Part shown: positions 18,232 to 27,909 of the stretch, in pieces
How positions within the stretch are numbered: position 1 is the stretch's first letter
How the letters are laid out: each line of letters opens with the position of its first letter
NCBI GenBank assembly: GCA_965660855.1
Contig: CBFIBM010000004.1
Location: forward strand, 1-64,000
Length of the DNA stretch: 64,000 bases
Reading direction: 5' to 3'
Source: an uncultured bacterium
GTDB lineage: Bacteria > Fidelibacterota > Marinisomatia > Marinisomatales > UBA1611
Program-made: the position numbers and the translations under genes
The notes under the pieces: generated by a model
What the model was told of the DNA's origin: nothing
Databases searched by the model: none
Seen by the model: the letters and a program-made list of their open reading frames with translations, nothing else

Positions 18232-18753
18232 TTGAAAAAGGTACTTTTTATCTTTTTTTTAGCAGCTATATTACCTAGCTGTAGCGCTTCTATATTTTTA
18301 AAGAAAAGACCTGCTACTGAGAACCTTAAGTTGGCCTTAATTAAAGATTCATATAGGTTTTTAAAAATTGAACAACAAAAAGGTTTTGGTCCAATTATTT
18401 CTTATAAAATTAAATATCCATTTAGACCTTTTTCTATTGGTAGTAAAAAACTCGTTTTAAAATTAAATGAATATGAAAACATTGTCGATCAACACATAGA
18501 TTATAAAAAAAAATATGATATTAAGAAATCTAAGCAACCCCTTATTTTTTCACGTTTAGCTTTTAGGGATAAGAATAAGGAAACTATTAAACAAAAAAAT
18601 ATTGATATACAATTGATAAAAAGTTTAACAAAAGATTATGAAAAATGGGGTCCAGAATGGGAAGAAAAGGCTCAATCTTACGCTGAAAATATTTCTACGA
18701 AAGAAATAAAAAGTATACGAAGTGAAATAAGAAGAATATATGGTAAACTATAA
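18232..18753 (+). CDS. Hypothetical lipoprotein
   Basis: Signal peptide with LPSC lipobox-like motif. Confidence 0.6.
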   Translation: MKKVLFIFFLAAILPSCSASIFLKKRPATENLKLALIKDSYRFLKIEQQKGFGPIISYKIKYPFRPFSIGSKKLVLKLNEYENIVDQHIDYKKKYDIKKSKQPLIFSRLAFRDKNKETIKQKNIDIQLIKSLTKDYEKWGPEWEEKAQSYAENISTKEIKSIRSEIRRIYGKL

Positions 18754-18846
18754 TTTCTTTTCTATTGATTATTATAATCACTTTGACATATATCTTAGTT
18801 TATAATTATTTTTAATGAGTGGAAATTTTCCGTTAACATAATTCAG

Positions 18847-18948
18847 AAGGGGGTGATCAGTTGTCTAATTCAAGTAATTTGCTGACCTCCAAAAAATCAG
18901 CAAAATAAAATCCACATTGCTGCCATCGTGAGGTCAGCTTTTATAAAT
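18847..18948 (+). ncRNA. Candidate structured small RNA / 15-aa sORF with extended anti-SD complement
   Basis: AAGGGGGTGATC at 18847-18858, TTG sORF 18861-18908, GCTGACCTC/GAGGTCAGC stem, own terminator. Confidence 0.5.
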
Positions 18949-18980
18949 AAAAAGCGCATTCTCTAAAGAGTGCGCTTTTT
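18949..18980. terminator. Bidirectional intrinsic terminator
   Basis: AAAAAGCGCATTCT-CTAA-AGAGTGCGCTTTTT. Confidence 0.88.
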
Positions 18981-19794
18981 ATTTATAAATCAATATTCCA
19001 ATGTATATAATAGTTAAAAATATTGCTAAGTATCCTGGAAATTTGAGTTTTCTTTCAAAACAAGGTCTTGATGCTGCTAAATGAATAAATATAAAAATTA
19101 ATCCAGGTATATAAGTTAAAGTTTCTACATCATTGAAAGATCTTCTAAAAGGAAGAAAAAAATAAGAGAAGCAAAGCCATATAATAAAACAATTCATGAA
19201 CCATCCAAAAAAATTTAATAGCGGTACTCCATAATAGGGACCCTTATTATTCCACTCCCATCTTTTTTCATCAACTGCTATTGGATCTAGTACTGAATCT
19301 ACTAAAACCATCATAATACACGGTATAATAAATAGTTTTATATTATTATTTATTATTTGATCCAAACTATAAGACCCTAAAAAACAAAATAAATTATAAC
19401 TCATGTAAGTTAACATTACCCAAGCAATAGGTATGACAATTGGGATACCCAATAGGCTAGGTCCAGGTGTTAATTCTAAATTATATTTGTATTTTCCCCC
19501 GAAAATTATACCCGTTTTTTCTCCTACTATCTCCATTAACATACTAATAATAAATGTGATCAAAATAAATATAAAGATATTCGGAATGCCCCAGAAAATT
19601 GAGCCATGATAGACTAAAAATAAGAATAAAGTTAATACTTGAAAAACTCTAATCTTTTCAGCTTTTTGATAATTAGGATCTAAACCAAAAAAAATTTTCT
19701 TTTTATATAAAGAAAAAGAGCCCGTCCTGACCAATCTATATAAGAATGGGATTAAAATAATAAAAAGAAATATAATTATATATAGAATATTCAA
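18979..19794 (-). CDS. Carotenoid biosynthesis (CruF/LyeJ-like hydratase family) membrane protein
   Basis: E.VG.KTG.IFG.Y.Y, GIP..IP.AW, D..LDP.AV....W.W, YYGVP..NF.GW. Confidence 0.85.
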   Translation of the reverse strand: MNILYIIIFLFIILIPFLYRLVRTGSFSLYKKKIFFGLDPNYQKAEKIRVFQVLTLFLFLVYHGSIFWGIPNIFIFILITFIISMLMEIVGEKTGIIFGGKYKYNLELTPGPSLLGIPIVIPIAWVMLTYMSYNLFCFLGSYSLDQIINNNIKLFIIPCIMMVLVDSVLDPIAVDEKRWEWNNKGPYYGVPLLNFFGWFMNCFIIWLCFSYFFLPFRRSFNDVETLTYIPGLIFIFIHLAASRPCFERKLKFPGYLAIFLTIIYIGILIYK

Positions 19795-19798
19795 TTTT

Positions 19799-20509
19799 TT
19801 AAGGCTTAATTCTTAATTGAAATAGTTTTTTATAAAAAGGTAAACATTCATTATAAATAATTTTTTCATTAATATTTAAAGTGATTTTCTTTTTCTCATA
19901 TTTCTTAAATTCTGTTGATTTTTCTACATTTTCATACCAATACTTTGCCCAAACACCATCAGATTTTCTTTTTCCTTTTGGCCAGCTTAACATCTTTTGT
20001 GAAAATGATATTCCTAATGATTGACAAAGTTTTTTTATGATTACTTTTGGATGTAGTAGAAGATCCCTAGAGTCAATTATAATTGGAGGTTCTCCTGAAT
20101 GTTTTACTACTATATCATAAATTTTTATCTGCTGAGGATAACCTAATTGTGAAATTGCATTAATTGGAAATTTTTTTTTATAACTTCCTATTACTGCCTT
20201 TGGATCTCTGATTAGCAAACAATTATTCGATCCAATTATCCAATCCATATTATTATTATCAAAAAAATGATGCGCCATATGCTTTTGGTACCAAATCGTT
20301 TTATTATAAGGAATTTCATTCAAACAAAATGATGCTACTTCAGTCCAGTTAGAGCTCTGGGATTTTAATATTGAATTCCTTCCAGGATGATGAAAACCTG
20401 TTCTTTTTAGGTAATAAGCATAGAATGGTTCATCTAATACTGCTGTGTCATCTCTATTTTCAAAAGATCTCATTAACGCGGTAGAAATATTTCTTGGCCC
20501 TGACCACAT
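19799..20509 (-). CDS. Sulfotransferase-like P-loop protein (partner of class IV aminotransferases)
   Basis: MWSGPRNISTALMRSF, DEPFYA.YL, YQKHMAHH, LIRDP, DGVWA.YWY; start may be upstream at 20536. Confidence 0.88.
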   Translation of the reverse strand: MWSGPRNISTALMRSFENRDDTAVLDEPFYAYYLKRTGFHHPGRNSILKSQSSNWTEVASFCLNEIPYNKTIWYQKHMAHHFFDNNNMDWIIGSNNCLLIRDPKAVIGSYKKKFPINAISQLGYPQQIKIYDIVVKHSGEPPIIIDSRDLLLHPKVIIKKLCQSLGISFSQKMLSWPKGKRKSDGVWAKYWYENVEKSTEFKKYEKKKITLNINEKIIYNECLPFYKKLFQLRIKP

Positions 20510-20532
20510 TAAAATCCTTTTCTTCTTATTTT

Positions 20533-21438
20533 TTATGATATCTTACCTTCAATATCTTCTAAATATTTACCCTGTAAAAACTTCGTGATTTTTCCTCTAT
20601 TGCCATCCCCAATTTTATGACCATCAATAGATATTACTGGTATCACTCCTGAAAAAGTTCCCGTAACGAAAACTTCACTAGAATTGTATACATCTTCAAT
20701 TGAAAAGTTTTTTTCATATACAGGGATTTTATTTTCAATGCATAACCTTATGATTGAACCACGAGTTATACCATTTAAACAATACTCCCCAGTTGAAGTC
20801 CATACCTCCTCATTTTTAAAAATAAAAAAGTTAGTTGAATTACATGTTGATATAAAACCATGAGGGTCTCTCATTAAACCCTCATCAACTCCTAATTTTT
20901 CAGCTTCAATGCATGCCGAAATACAATTATGTTTACTTAAAGAGTTTATCCTTGGATCTTGTACTCTAGTATCTCTTATTGTTTTTACCAGACCGATTGT
21001 AATCCCTTTTTTTATGACATCGGGATTTGCAACTTTATATTCAGGGATTATTACAATCGATGGATCTCCAATAGTAACCTTTGGGTGCTGATATGGTGTG
21101 GATTTTAGGCCCCTTGAGACTATTAAACGAACATGAACATCTGACTCCATCTTATTCTTTTTAACTGTTAGGTAAATAATATTTTTTAAATCCTCGGGCT
21201 TAATCCCAATATTCATTGAAATTAAATCAGCACCTTTATATAGTCTATTTAAATGTTCATTTATATGTATGAGCTTATTTTTGTGTAATCTTATTCCTTC
21301 CCATACACCATCTCCAAGAAGGTAACCACTGTCCATTACTGAAATTAAAGCTTTCTCCCTCCTGAAAAATTTTCCATTTACATATATTTGAATATTTTTA
21401 TTTCTTGAATCTGGTTTATAATCATGTGTAGAAGCCAT
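20533..21438 (-). CDS. Aminotransferase class IV (IlvE/D-amino-acid aminotransferase-like)
   Basis: SVMDSGYLLGDGVWEGIR, NSLSK PLP-Lys, NSTNFF, LNGITR, EVFVTGT. Confidence 0.92.
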   Translation of the reverse strand: MASTHDYKPDSRNKNIQIYVNGKFFRREKALISVMDSGYLLGDGVWEGIRLHKNKLIHINEHLNRLYKGADLISMNIGIKPEDLKNIIYLTVKKNKMESDVHVRLIVSRGLKSTPYQHPKVTIGDPSIVIIPEYKVANPDVIKKGITIGLVKTIRDTRVQDPRINSLSKHNCISACIEAEKLGVDEGLMRDPHGFISTCNSTNFFIFKNEEVWTSTGEYCLNGITRGSIIRLCIENKIPVYEKNFSIEDVYNSSEVFVTGTFSGVIPVISIDGHKIGDGNRGKITKFLQGKYLEDIEGKIS

Positions 21439-21439
21439 T

Positions 21440-22183
21440 TTATTTCCCCTCTATTTGTCGTATTCTCTCAAACAATATTGCTGATGCGGTAGCACTCACA
21501 TTCAATGAGTTAGTTTTTCCTATCATCGGAATTGTGGCAATAAAATCACAAGATTCTAAAACTTTTTTCCTAATTCCCCTACCTTCGCTTCCCAGAACGA
21601 TAAGGATTTTTCCTTTGTATTCTGTTTCAAACCATAGCTTAGTGTTAATACTATTTTCTACACCTATTACCCAAAAACCAATACTTTTATATTCTTGAAA
21701 CGTATTTCTTAAGTTTGTCACTTCGTAAATATTAATGCTTGTAAATGCCCCTTGGCTTACTTGAAGAGAAGTTTCATTTATTGGAGCAGAATTATGTTTT
21801 GGAATTATAATACCATCAACACCAGCACATTCTGCTGTTCGTATAATTTGGCCTAAATTTTGGGGATCTTCAATCTGATCTAAAACTAATAAACATGCAT
21901 TTTTTTTATTAGTTAAAGCTGGTAGATCTTTTTTAATAATTTCTCCTGAAAAACATATAGCCACTCCCTGAGATTTTCCTTCATAATATTTTTGATTAAA
22001 TTGATTTTTATTCATCAAGTTAAATTTTTTATTTTTTATCAAATTTTGAAGCTCGATACTTTTATTCGCTCGACCATTTTCTAATATATCAATTTTATGG
22101 ATTTGAAATAAGTTTGATTTTAGAACTGCGATAGTGTTATTAAGTCCAAGCAGTGTAAAAGAATTTGTATATACTTTTTTCAT
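21440..22183 (-). CDS. rlmB: 23S rRNA (G2251-2'-O)-methyltransferase, SpoU family
   Basis: LDQIEDPQNLG.IIRTA, LGSEGRG, IPMIGKTNSLNVS. Confidence 0.9.
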   Translation of the reverse strand: MKKVYTNSFTLLGLNNTIAVLKSNLFQIHKIDILENGRANKSIELQNLIKNKKFNLMNKNQFNQKYYEGKSQGVAICFSGEIIKKDLPALTNKKNACLLVLDQIEDPQNLGQIIRTAECAGVDGIIIPKHNSAPINETSLQVSQGAFTSINIYEVTNLRNTFQEYKSIGFWVIGVENSINTKLWFETEYKGKILIVLGSEGRGIRKKVLESCDFIATIPMIGKTNSLNVSATASAILFERIRQIEGK

Positions 22184-22281
22184 AAAGGTTTGAATGGTTA
22201 ATTTTTAGGCTAAAATTTAAATAAAAGATTTTGATTTCTAGTTCATTAAAAGAAAATATAGTGTAATTTTTATAATTAAAT

Positions 22282-22354
22282 GGGCCCATAGCTCAACGGT
22301 TAGAGCACCAGACTCATAATCTGTTGGTTCGGGGTTCGAATCCCTGTGGGCCCA
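22282..22354 (+). tRNA. tRNA with CAT anticodon, most likely tRNA-Ile2 (lysidine); CCA not encoded
   Basis: GGGCCCA/TGGGCCC acceptor stem, CTCATAA loop, GTTCGAAT; lacks initiator features, Ile-like acceptor stem. Confidence 0.88.
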
Positions 22355-22494
22355 CTCTATCTTTAGTTAAATATCAATTTTTTCTAAAAAATATTATACA
22401 ATAAGAAATTATTTTTTTGTATTATATTTTATAGTATAAGCATTTACTCTAGTTCTATTTATGTGTTGAATTCGCAATTAGAAGGAGCTCTTTA

Positions 22495-23346
22495 ATGAAA
22501 ATCATTTTAGTAAATTTAATATTTAGTAGTTTTTTATTTTCTATTAGTGGAAAATTAATATTTAATGACGGAACAACTATTGAAGGTAAAATAAATACAA
22601 TTACTAAAGATGCAGTAAACTTGGTCCCTGACGGTCTTACTTTTCCTGAAAATATCCAGGTAGAAAATATTGATACTTTAAAACTTGATGATGGTAACAT
22701 CTTGATAGAAAACAGTATTGTAGTTTATCTTTACCAAAACGGTGAATTTCTTGAGCCAAGTAATATTAAAGATGAAATAATCTATGAAGATGATTATGAA
22801 CTTGAATATGTATTGGTTCCAAATTGGAGTGTTAATTTGTATACAGGCCATCCAATATATGGAGCTTCGTCTTTCAAAGAATATGATGACTGGTCTGTCC
22901 TAAACGGTTTCTCCGTAGGATCTCCATACGGAGTATTTGCAGGAGATTTTTTTATGAATGTCATTTTTGAATTTGCTCATTATACTTTTAAGCAAAAAAA
23001 TGATCCTACGGGCTTAGCGCAGAGTTTTGGTGGATCAGCTTTGCAATTAGGAGTAAGCCCAGGTTTTTTTTTAGGATCTGCTAGCATTAGCTTGACTGCC
23101 TGTTCAGGTGCATATCAAACAGAAAAGCAAGAATGGAAAACTGGTTTTATCATAGGGGGTAGCGTTGACATACCCCTAGGATCTTTTCTTATAGATCGAT
23201 ATGGCGATAAGGATATTATAGAAAGCTTTGAAGAATACCTCGAGTCTGTGGAATTAAGAATTACGAGTAGAAGCAATTTAATCCAGAAATCGGATGGTGC
23301 GACTGGTTGGCTAGATGCCGGTATATCAATCGGTTATGAATTTTAA
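22495..23346 (+). CDS. Putative outer-membrane beta-barrel protein
   Basis: Signal peptide; amphipathic strands; C-terminal beta-signal GISIGYEF. Confidence 0.7.
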   Translation: MKIILVNLIFSSFLFSISGKLIFNDGTTIEGKINTITKDAVNLVPDGLTFPENIQVENIDTLKLDDGNILIENSIVVYLYQNGEFLEPSNIKDEIIYEDDYELEYVLVPNWSVNLYTGHPIYGASSFKEYDDWSVLNGFSVGSPYGVFAGDFFMNVIFEFAHYTFKQKNDPTGLAQSFGGSALQLGVSPGFFLGSASISLTACSGAYQTEKQEWKTGFIIGGSVDIPLGSFLIDRYGDKDIIESFEEYLESVELRITSRSNLIQKSDGATGWLDAGISIGYEF

Positions 23347-23366
23347 ATTAAAAAACACAATATTTT

Positions 23367-24287
23367 TTGAATTATAAAAAAATATTTTTACTATTTTTAT
23401 TGAGTTATTCTATATCTCAAAATGAAGCATATCTGGGTGAGGTCTCATTCAATTATAGTGGAACCGTAAATAATTACTTCTCCTCAATTTCAGGGGATTC
23501 CACCCTGACAAGTATTGCCTTTAATCAAGATAATGGAGATTCTTCTTTTTTTTTATTTGCAGCAATTACCCAGCAAGAAACTAATGAATTTGATTTATTT
23601 TTAAGTGTTTTAAGGGATACAACTTTTCCAGTTGAATCACGATCATGGCAAGTCCCAGGCGAAGGAGATGAAGAGAATCCATTAAGTCTAGAAACAATTT
23701 TAGTTCTTATGCCTGGATTAGATTCATCTTTTGTTTTAAACTTTTTGGAGACTTTTTCTGATACATCTGAAAATCAAAATTCAGATGATTTATTTAATGA
23801 AATTTTTACAACCTTAAGTGATCAGCTGTATTTAGGTCTGCAAGGAAATCTAGAACTCGAAGTTTTAAATGATAGTTCTATCGTTGGAAATTTTAATTCT
23901 ATCCTATTTAAACCTGCATTTCATATACCACCTCATTTAGTTACAATAAACGATGGTGAATTCTCTTTTAATAAAGCTCTGACCACTCCTATATTAAAAT
24001 TAGAAGACTCAAAAATAAGTGTAAATGATTATAAACTATTCAATACTTATCCAAACCCTTTCAATCCAATCATTCAATTCCAATTTGAATCAGATTTAAA
24101 ATCTGATATTTCATTAGATATTTACGATATCAAAGGTCGAAAAATAAAAACAATTTATGAAGGCACAGTTGAACCTGGAGAACAAATTTTTGAATGGAAT
24201 GCAAAAAACTTTTCAAGTGGTATATATTTATCAGTTTTGAGAAATAAATCATATACTAAAACAAAAAAAATAACATTAAATAAATAA
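23367..24287 (+). CDS. Secreted acidic protein with T9SS type A / FlgD-Ig C-terminal sorting domain
   Basis: YPNPFNP...IYDIKGRKI...W.A....SGIY.......KKITL. Confidence 0.88.
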   Translation: MNYKKIFLLFLLSYSISQNEAYLGEVSFNYSGTVNNYFSSISGDSTLTSIAFNQDNGDSSFFLFAAITQQETNEFDLFLSVLRDTTFPVESRSWQVPGEGDEENPLSLETILVLMPGLDSSFVLNFLETFSDTSENQNSDDLFNEIFTTLSDQLYLGLQGNLELEVLNDSSIVGNFNSILFKPAFHIPPHLVTINDGEFSFNKALTTPILKLEDSKISVNDYKLFNTYPNPFNPIIQFQFESDLKSDISLDIYDIKGRKIKTIYEGTVEPGEQIFEWNAKNFSSGIYLSVLRNKSYTKTKKITLNK

Positions 24288-24604
24288 TGAAAAATGTCCA
24301 ATTAAAATACCATGAAGTCGTTAATGACCTTCTTTTATTACAATGGGATGACAATACCGAAAACATACTATCTTTAAAATCGATGAGAGATAATTGTCCT
24401 TGTGCTAATTGTTCTGGTGAAACAGATGTCTTTGGTAATATTTATAAAGGCCCTCCTCAATCAATGAACTCTGAAAGTTATAAATTAAAAGGAATACATC
24501 CTGTTGGGCATTATGCAATTCGTCCATTCTGGAATGATGGACATAGCGATGGTATCTATCCATTTGACTTTCTAAAGCAATTATGCATTGCTTTGGACAG
24601 TTAA
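24287..24604 (+). CDS. DUF971 / GBBH-like N-terminal domain protein
   Basis: RDNCPCANC, PVGHYAIR..WNDGHSDGIY.F..L. Confidence 0.9.
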   Translation: MKNVQLKYHEVVNDLLLLQWDDNTENILSLKSMRDNCPCANCSGETDVFGNIYKGPPQSMNSESYKLKGIHPVGHYAIRPFWNDGHSDGIYPFDFLKQLCIALDS

Positions 24605-24616
24605 TTTGTATTCTTA

Positions 24617-25588
24617 ATGCATTTTTTTAAGCACCGAAAATATAATTATTTAGCTTATCTTTTTTTATGTTTCCCTCTCCTTAATGCGAAAACAGTAAAG
24701 ATTGAAGAAATTTTACTATCAGGAGATATTACAAACCCGGATAATGAAATCTCTGGCATGGATTGGTATCAAGGCTTACTTTTTATGATACCTGAAAATT
24801 TAAATAAATTCATTTATGCAATACCTAAAATTGAGCTTGATAATTATTTTCTATCAACTAATCCAATTCCTATAATTCCGAGGAAGATTAGACTTAAAAC
24901 CCCTAATTATAATAATTTAATTAATGGTTTTGATGGATTTGAAGCAATAGCCTTTTATAAAGATAACGTTTTCCTTTCAATAGAAGCTAAAAGTAATAAT
25001 CATATGAAAGGCTTTATTGCCTGGGGAACATCTGATCCTTTAACGCAAGAAATTTTTATCCCATTAGATAATCTAATAGAGATAGAAACACCAATTCAAA
25101 TTGATAATATGTCTTACGAAAGTATTATTGCTAACGGAAATGATTTAATTCTTTTATATGAAGCCAATGGAGTTAATCTTCAAAAAAGTCCTGAACACAA
25201 AGTATTTTCTATTATTGAATTTTCGACTTCTAAAATAATCAGTAGCAATATTGAATATCGAATTACGGATGCTACAAAAATTGATTCGAATGGGAAATTT
25301 TGGTGTATAAATTATTTATGGCCAGGAGATAAGATAAAATTAAAACCTCATAAAGAATTTTACTTGAATGAGATTGAAAAAAATAACAATTATAAGCAAA
25401 TTGAACGTCTTATAGAATTTGAATTAAAGAATGGAAAAATTTTACTTACAGAAAATGAACCCATAAATTTTGAGTTGGAGAATGATATTTCTCGTAACTG
25501 GGAAGGCATTGTTCGATATGGCAAAGATTCTTTTTTAATTGTTACAGATAAATACCCTCGAATGATTTTAGGTATGGTAAAAAAATAA
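24617..25588 (+). CDS. Hypothetical secreted protein, probable beta-propeller (phytase-esterase-like)
   Basis: Signal peptide; EISG, GFEAIA, NWEGI, LIVTD blade motifs. Confidence 0.65.
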   Translation: MHFFKHRKYNYLAYLFLCFPLLNAKTVKIEEILLSGDITNPDNEISGMDWYQGLLFMIPENLNKFIYAIPKIELDNYFLSTNPIPIIPRKIRLKTPNYNNLINGFDGFEAIAFYKDNVFLSIEAKSNNHMKGFIAWGTSDPLTQEIFIPLDNLIEIETPIQIDNMSYESIIANGNDLILLYEANGVNLQKSPEHKVFSIIEFSTSKIISSNIEYRITDATKIDSNGKFWCINYLWPGDKIKLKPHKEFYLNEIEKNNNYKQIERLIEFELKNGKILLTENEPINFELENDISRNWEGIVRYGKDSFLIVTDKYPRMILGMVKK

Positions 25589-25603
25589 TTAGGAGTTAAT
25601 CAA

Positions 25604-26353
25604 TTGAAAAATTTTATAATAGTTTTATTTTTTCTAAACATATTACTTGGCTGGGGTAAAATAGGTCATAGAATTACAGGGGAAATTTCAGAAAAATATC
25701 TCACAGAAAATGCCAAAATACAAATTAAAAAATTAATTGGACACCATAATATCTCTAGATTAGCAAATTGGGCTGATGAAATAAAATCTGATCCTAAATG
25801 GAGAGATGCTAATGATTGGCATTATTGTACAATACCTGATGGTGAAAAATATGATCCAAATATCGGTGGAGGAAAAGCAGTAGAAAAAGTTAATGAATTT
25901 ATAAAAACATTAAAAAATAAAAATTCTACTAAAAATGAAAAAGTAGTAGCATTAAAGTTTTTAATTCATCTCATTGGAGATTTACATCAACCACTTCACG
26001 TTGGCAATGGGCTTGATAGAGGCGGAAATAATGTAAAAGTTAATTGGTTTAATGAACCAACAAATATTCATTCTATATGGGATACTAAATTAATTGAATT
26101 TCAAAAATTAAGTTATACGGAGTATTCGAACTATTTAACATTACAAGAAGATAGAAGTACCATCAGAAAATGGCAGAAAGCTACTGTTTTAGAGTATGTT
26201 TATGAGTCACAAGAGGCTCGGAGACAATGCTATGATTTTGAAACAGAAAACCTTAAATGGGAATATTTTTATAAAAATAAAGCACTATTAGAAAGAAGAC
26301 TTCTCCAATCAGGTATTCGCTTATCTGGAGAATTAAATAGAATTTTTAAATAA
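25604..26353 (+). CDS. Secreted S1/P1 nuclease
   Basis: Mature WGKIGH, WADEIK, WHY, HLIGDLHQPLH, DRGGN, HSIWD. Confidence 0.95.
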   Translation: MKNFIIVLFFLNILLGWGKIGHRITGEISEKYLTENAKIQIKKLIGHHNISRLANWADEIKSDPKWRDANDWHYCTIPDGEKYDPNIGGGKAVEKVNEFIKTLKNKNSTKNEKVVALKFLIHLIGDLHQPLHVGNGLDRGGNNVKVNWFNEPTNIHSIWDTKLIEFQKLSYTEYSNYLTLQEDRSTIRKWQKATVLEYVYESQEARRQCYDFETENLKWEYFYKNKALLERRLLQSGIRLSGELNRIFK

Positions 26354-26355
26354 TA

Positions 26356-27105
26356 TTATTTTTTCCCCTGGTTCGCTACCTCAGCTTCTTTTTTTGCTAT
26401 AAGGTCCTGATTTCCTAAATAATAACTATCTAGAGGTTTTAGGTTGTCGTCTAGTTTATAAACAAGAGGTGATCCAGTAGGAATATTGAGTTTCAAAATT
26501 TCTTCATCAGAAATATTATCTAAAAATTTAACCAATGCTCTTAAAGAGTTTCCATGTGCAACAATAAGTATATTTTTACCAGATTCTAAATCTTTTTTAA
26601 TATGCTCGTTCCAGTAAGGCAAAAACCTGGTAACCGTATCTTTCAAACATTCAGCTAATGGTAAATCCTCTTTATCTAAGCTATTATACTTTTCATCGAA
26701 CCTAGGATGTCTTTTATCATCATAATCTAAAGATGGAGGAGGAGTTGTATAACTTCGCCTCCATATATGTACTTGTTCATCTCCATATTTTTCAGCAGTC
26801 TCTGATTTATTTAAACCCTGAAGAGCACCATAGTGTCTTTCATTCAATCTCCAGTTATAATTTATTGAAATTTTATCTAAATCAAGACCCATTTCTCTTA
26901 AACAAATGTTCATTGTATTATTAGCTCTTTTCAATAAAGATGTATGAACAGTATCAACAGATAGGCCTTGATTTTTAATTAATCTTCCTGATTCTTTAGC
27001 CTCTTTTTCACCTTTTTTTGTAAGATCAACATCTGTCCAACCGGTAAACCTATTTTCTAAATTCCATTGACTTTCACCATGTCTCAACAAAATTAATTTT
27101 TTCAT
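26356..27105 (-). CDS. gpmA: 2,3-BPG-dependent phosphoglycerate mutase
   Basis: [43 protein letters not shown]. Confidence 0.97.
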   Translation of the reverse strand: MKKLILLRHGESQWNLENRFTGWTDVDLTKKGEKEAKESGRLIKNQGLSVDTVHTSLLKRANNTMNICLREMGLDLDKISINYNWRLNERHYGALQGLNKSETAEKYGDEQVHIWRRSYTTPPPSLDYDDKRHPRFDEKYNSLDKEDLPLAECLKDTVTRFLPYWNEHIKKDLESGKNILIVAHGNSLRALVKFLDNISDEEILKLNIPTGSPLVYKLDDNLKPLDSYYLGNQDLIAKKEAEVANQGKK

Positions 27106-27199
27106 ATAAGTTAGATTTAAGTTAAAAAGTAAATAATTTAATAGTTAAAATTTCTTAATCTCTTGTGTATTAGAAAAGGGTTTTTATTAAAAAATTCGT

Positions 27200-27892
27200 A
27201 TGTGTGGAAGAAATACTTTAACTGAAAATACCAAATCAATAATTAAAGATTTTTCTATTGATAGTTGGGATTCAAAACAAATTATCCCTCATTATAATAT
27301 TTGTCCATCTTCCTATACGCCTGTTTTAATATCTAAAAATAATACAAGAATTGTAAGAGATATGAAATGGGGATTAATTCCAAGTTGGTCATCAAATAGT
27401 TCAATTGGGAATCAAATGATTAATGCTCGATCAGAAAGTATTTTAGAAAAACCTTCTTTTCAAAATCTAGTTAATAAAAATCGATGTATAATCTTTTCAT
27501 CTGGATATTTTGAATGGAAAACACTTAATAATAAAAAACACCCATTTTATATTACAAAATCTACAAACAAAATTTTACCACTTGCTGGTTTATGGACAAC
27601 ATGGAAATCAAAAAAGTCTGAATTAATTCATAGTTATACAATTATTACGGGTAAAGCACAAAGTAGTTTAGAAAACATACACCATCGAATGCCTATAATT
27701 TTAAAAAGAAATAATATTGAAAAATGGATAAATAGTGAAAAATACAATTTCCCCGCTGTTCAAAAGTTTTTAAAACCACATTCATCGGATTTAATTTTTC
27801 ACAATGTTTCTACATTGGTTAACTCCACAAAAAATAATAGTAAGAAGTGCATACTAAAAATAAATAATCTATGTACAATCAATCTATTTTGA
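27200..27892 (+). CDS. SOS response-associated peptidase (SRAP/YedK/HMCES)
   Basis: N-terminal MCGR, WGLIP, INARSE, FEW, IHHRMP. Confidence 0.93.
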   Translation: MCGRNTLTENTKSIIKDFSIDSWDSKQIIPHYNICPSSYTPVLISKNNTRIVRDMKWGLIPSWSSNSSIGNQMINARSESILEKPSFQNLVNKNRCIIFSSGYFEWKTLNNKKHPFYITKSTNKILPLAGLWTTWKSKKSELIHSYTIITGKAQSSLENIHHRMPIILKRNNIEKWINSEKYNFPAVQKFLKPHSSDLIFHNVSTLVNSTKNNSKKCILKINNLCTINLF

Positions 27893-27909
27893 TAAATTTT
27901 TATTTTGAA

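Noticed and set aside
18783..18806. Perfect TTGACA and TATAAT as one sigma70 promoter
   Set aside because: Spacer is 12 nt, too short for both to act together
27200..27892. SRAP gene as a prophage or mutagenesis-cassette marker
   Set aside because: No phage, umuDC or imuABC genes nearby
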